Below are positions 62,799 to 64,000 of a stretch of DNA of 64,000 nucleotides, one piece after another. Each line of letters begins with the position of its first letter. The stretch's first letter is position 1. Source of the DNA: Nitrospirota bacterium. GTDB taxonomy: Bacteria > Nitrospirota > UBA9217. The stretch lies in contig CAVVUN010000006.1 of the NCBI GenBank assembly GCA_963751455.1, positions 128,001 through 192,000 of the forward strand. Direction: 5' to 3'. The notes under the pieces were generated by a model. That model did no database searches. It was not told the origin of the DNA and was given only the letters and a program-made list of their open reading frames with translations. The translations under genes and the position numbers were made by a program.

Positions 62799-63851
62799 TT
62801 ACCGTGTTGCCGTGAAAAACATTATTACTTCAGTTTTGTCCCTCTGGAATGCAACAGAGCCCGAAGGTATACCGGCCTTTTGTATGATTTCCCTGCAGTC
62901 TTCCTCGGTCCGTAGGAAAAAGCCGTCCCAGTCGACCATCCACCGGTAAAACTGGGGATTGTAGTTTTTGCAGTCCTTGAAGGAAGCAATCAGCCGCCCT
63001 CCCGGAGACAGGAGTTCATACAGGGCGCCCAGAAGCCGTATCAGCATATCGTCTTTCAGATAATCGAAGAAACCGACGCTGTAAATCAGGTCCTGGGACC
63101 CGAACTCCTTAAGGTTTCTTTCGTGGTTGATCATTTTAAATGCGTTGTATTTGCGGTAGGTTATAAGCTCGGACGCACTATTCGCAATCGCCATCCGGTT
63201 TGCTGCGAATTCCAGCGCTTCAGAATCAAAATCCACGCAGGTAACCCTGGCTCCTGTTTTTTCGACATCCGCGGCAATCTCGAACAGGTCCCGGCATGAT
63301 CCGCAGGCGACATCAAGGATTCTCGGTCCTGTGCGGGCCGCCATTTCCGCTTTCAGGATGTCCTGCAGGGTATTTTTGCGCTCCCTGACTGCTACGCACA
63401 ACGTGGTCTGGAGACAATACCGGTCAAGATAATATCCTATACCGCTCGAAGATGACATGTTGCGGTAGGCTGATTCGAGTATCTGGTAATCGCCCTGGTG
63501 ACCTCTCGGCCAGGTCCTCGCGTGACTGATGAAATTACTCTTCGTCAGTATTGGCCCTGTTTTTTCCCTGAAGCGTATACGCGCATCCCTTATTGCATCG
63601 GCTTCGTAAGGAACTGCCTTTTCGAACTCGGCACATGCGGCGAGGACCGAATCATTCATGGCGATGATCTCCGCGATCAGTTTCGCCCCGTCAGCGCCAG
63701 ATGCTGCCGCTCGTATTTCAAATTCTTTCAACTGCCCGACATACTGTTCTATTCGAGCGTCGAGGATCTCAAGAAATTTTCCACCTTTGTTAACGTCTTC
63801 AGATACTCTGTCCGTTGTTGGCAACCTGTGATACGTCAGCTCACTCTGCAT
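62799..63851 (-). CDS. Class I SAM-dependent methyltransferase, PhcB (autoinducer methyl-ester synthase)-like
   Basis: R.WPRG..GDY..LE..Y, AVR.R, ILDVACG, DLIYS.G.FDYL, LL.PGG.L, W..DW..F.RT. Confidence 0.75.
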   Translation of the reverse strand: MQSELTYHRLPTTDRVSEDVNKGGKFLEILDARIEQYVGQLKEFEIRAAASGADGAKLIAEIIAMNDSVLAACAEFEKAVPYEADAIRDARIRFREKTGPILTKSNFISHARTWPRGHQGDYQILESAYRNMSSSSGIGYYLDRYCLQTTLCVAVRERKNTLQDILKAEMAARTGPRILDVACGSCRDLFEIAADVEKTGARVTCVDFDSEALEFAANRMAIANSASELITYRKYNAFKMINHERNLKEFGSQDLIYSVGFFDYLKDDMLIRLLGALYELLSPGGRLIASFKDCKNYNPQFYRWMVDWDGFFLRTEEDCREIIQKAGIPSGSVAFQRDKTEVIMFFTATR

Positions 63852-64000
63852 ATCATCCTCCCCCTTGTTTTTTGCCGTTTGAACGGCTGTTATATGCTTG
63901 TATTCATGTTCCAATGCGCCGGCCGCATTGATTGATCCGGCTTACGGTATGGTATTTATGGATATTTATCCAATCGGAGGACGCATCTGATTTTATCGCC

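Overview
A moderately GC-rich bacterial region. Gene style suggests Nitrospirota or Desulfobacterota (inference only). Many otherwise intact genes carry frameshifts, probably long-read assembly errors. Layout: (1) 1-10 kb, miscellaneous small enzymes and lipoproteins. (2) 10.7-20 kb, a kinase-PhnD-MCP sensory operon and a sulfation cluster (cysC, chrA, cysQ, sulfotransferase). (3) 21-35 kb, a co-oriented toxin-antitoxin/defence island with five TA pairs, an SNF2 helicase, a DUF3883 nuclease and gene fragments. (4) 36.4-48.2 kb, the most interesting locus: TonB-dependent receptor, an unannotated 33-aa Cys-Cys peptide, a geopeptide-type radical SAM/SPASM maturase, an orphan periplasmic binding protein, a sensor kinase, a REC regulator with two LuxR-type HTHs, an HD-GYP enzyme and a REC-PilZ protein. 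A palindromic box (ACTACCCGNNYRGGYAG) occurs four times, each exactly 22 bp upstream of a -10 hexamer; one copy precedes this operon. Together these suggest a RiPP-based, quorum-sensing-like regulon in a Gram-negative bacterium. (5) 48.5-60 kb, stress and redox genes. (6) 60.4-63.9 kb, a PhcB-like methyltransferase and a multi-TM hybrid kinase, possibly a second autoinducer system. The window is also rich in nested MITE/REP-like repeats, including a 41-bp element seen at both empty and filled sites.
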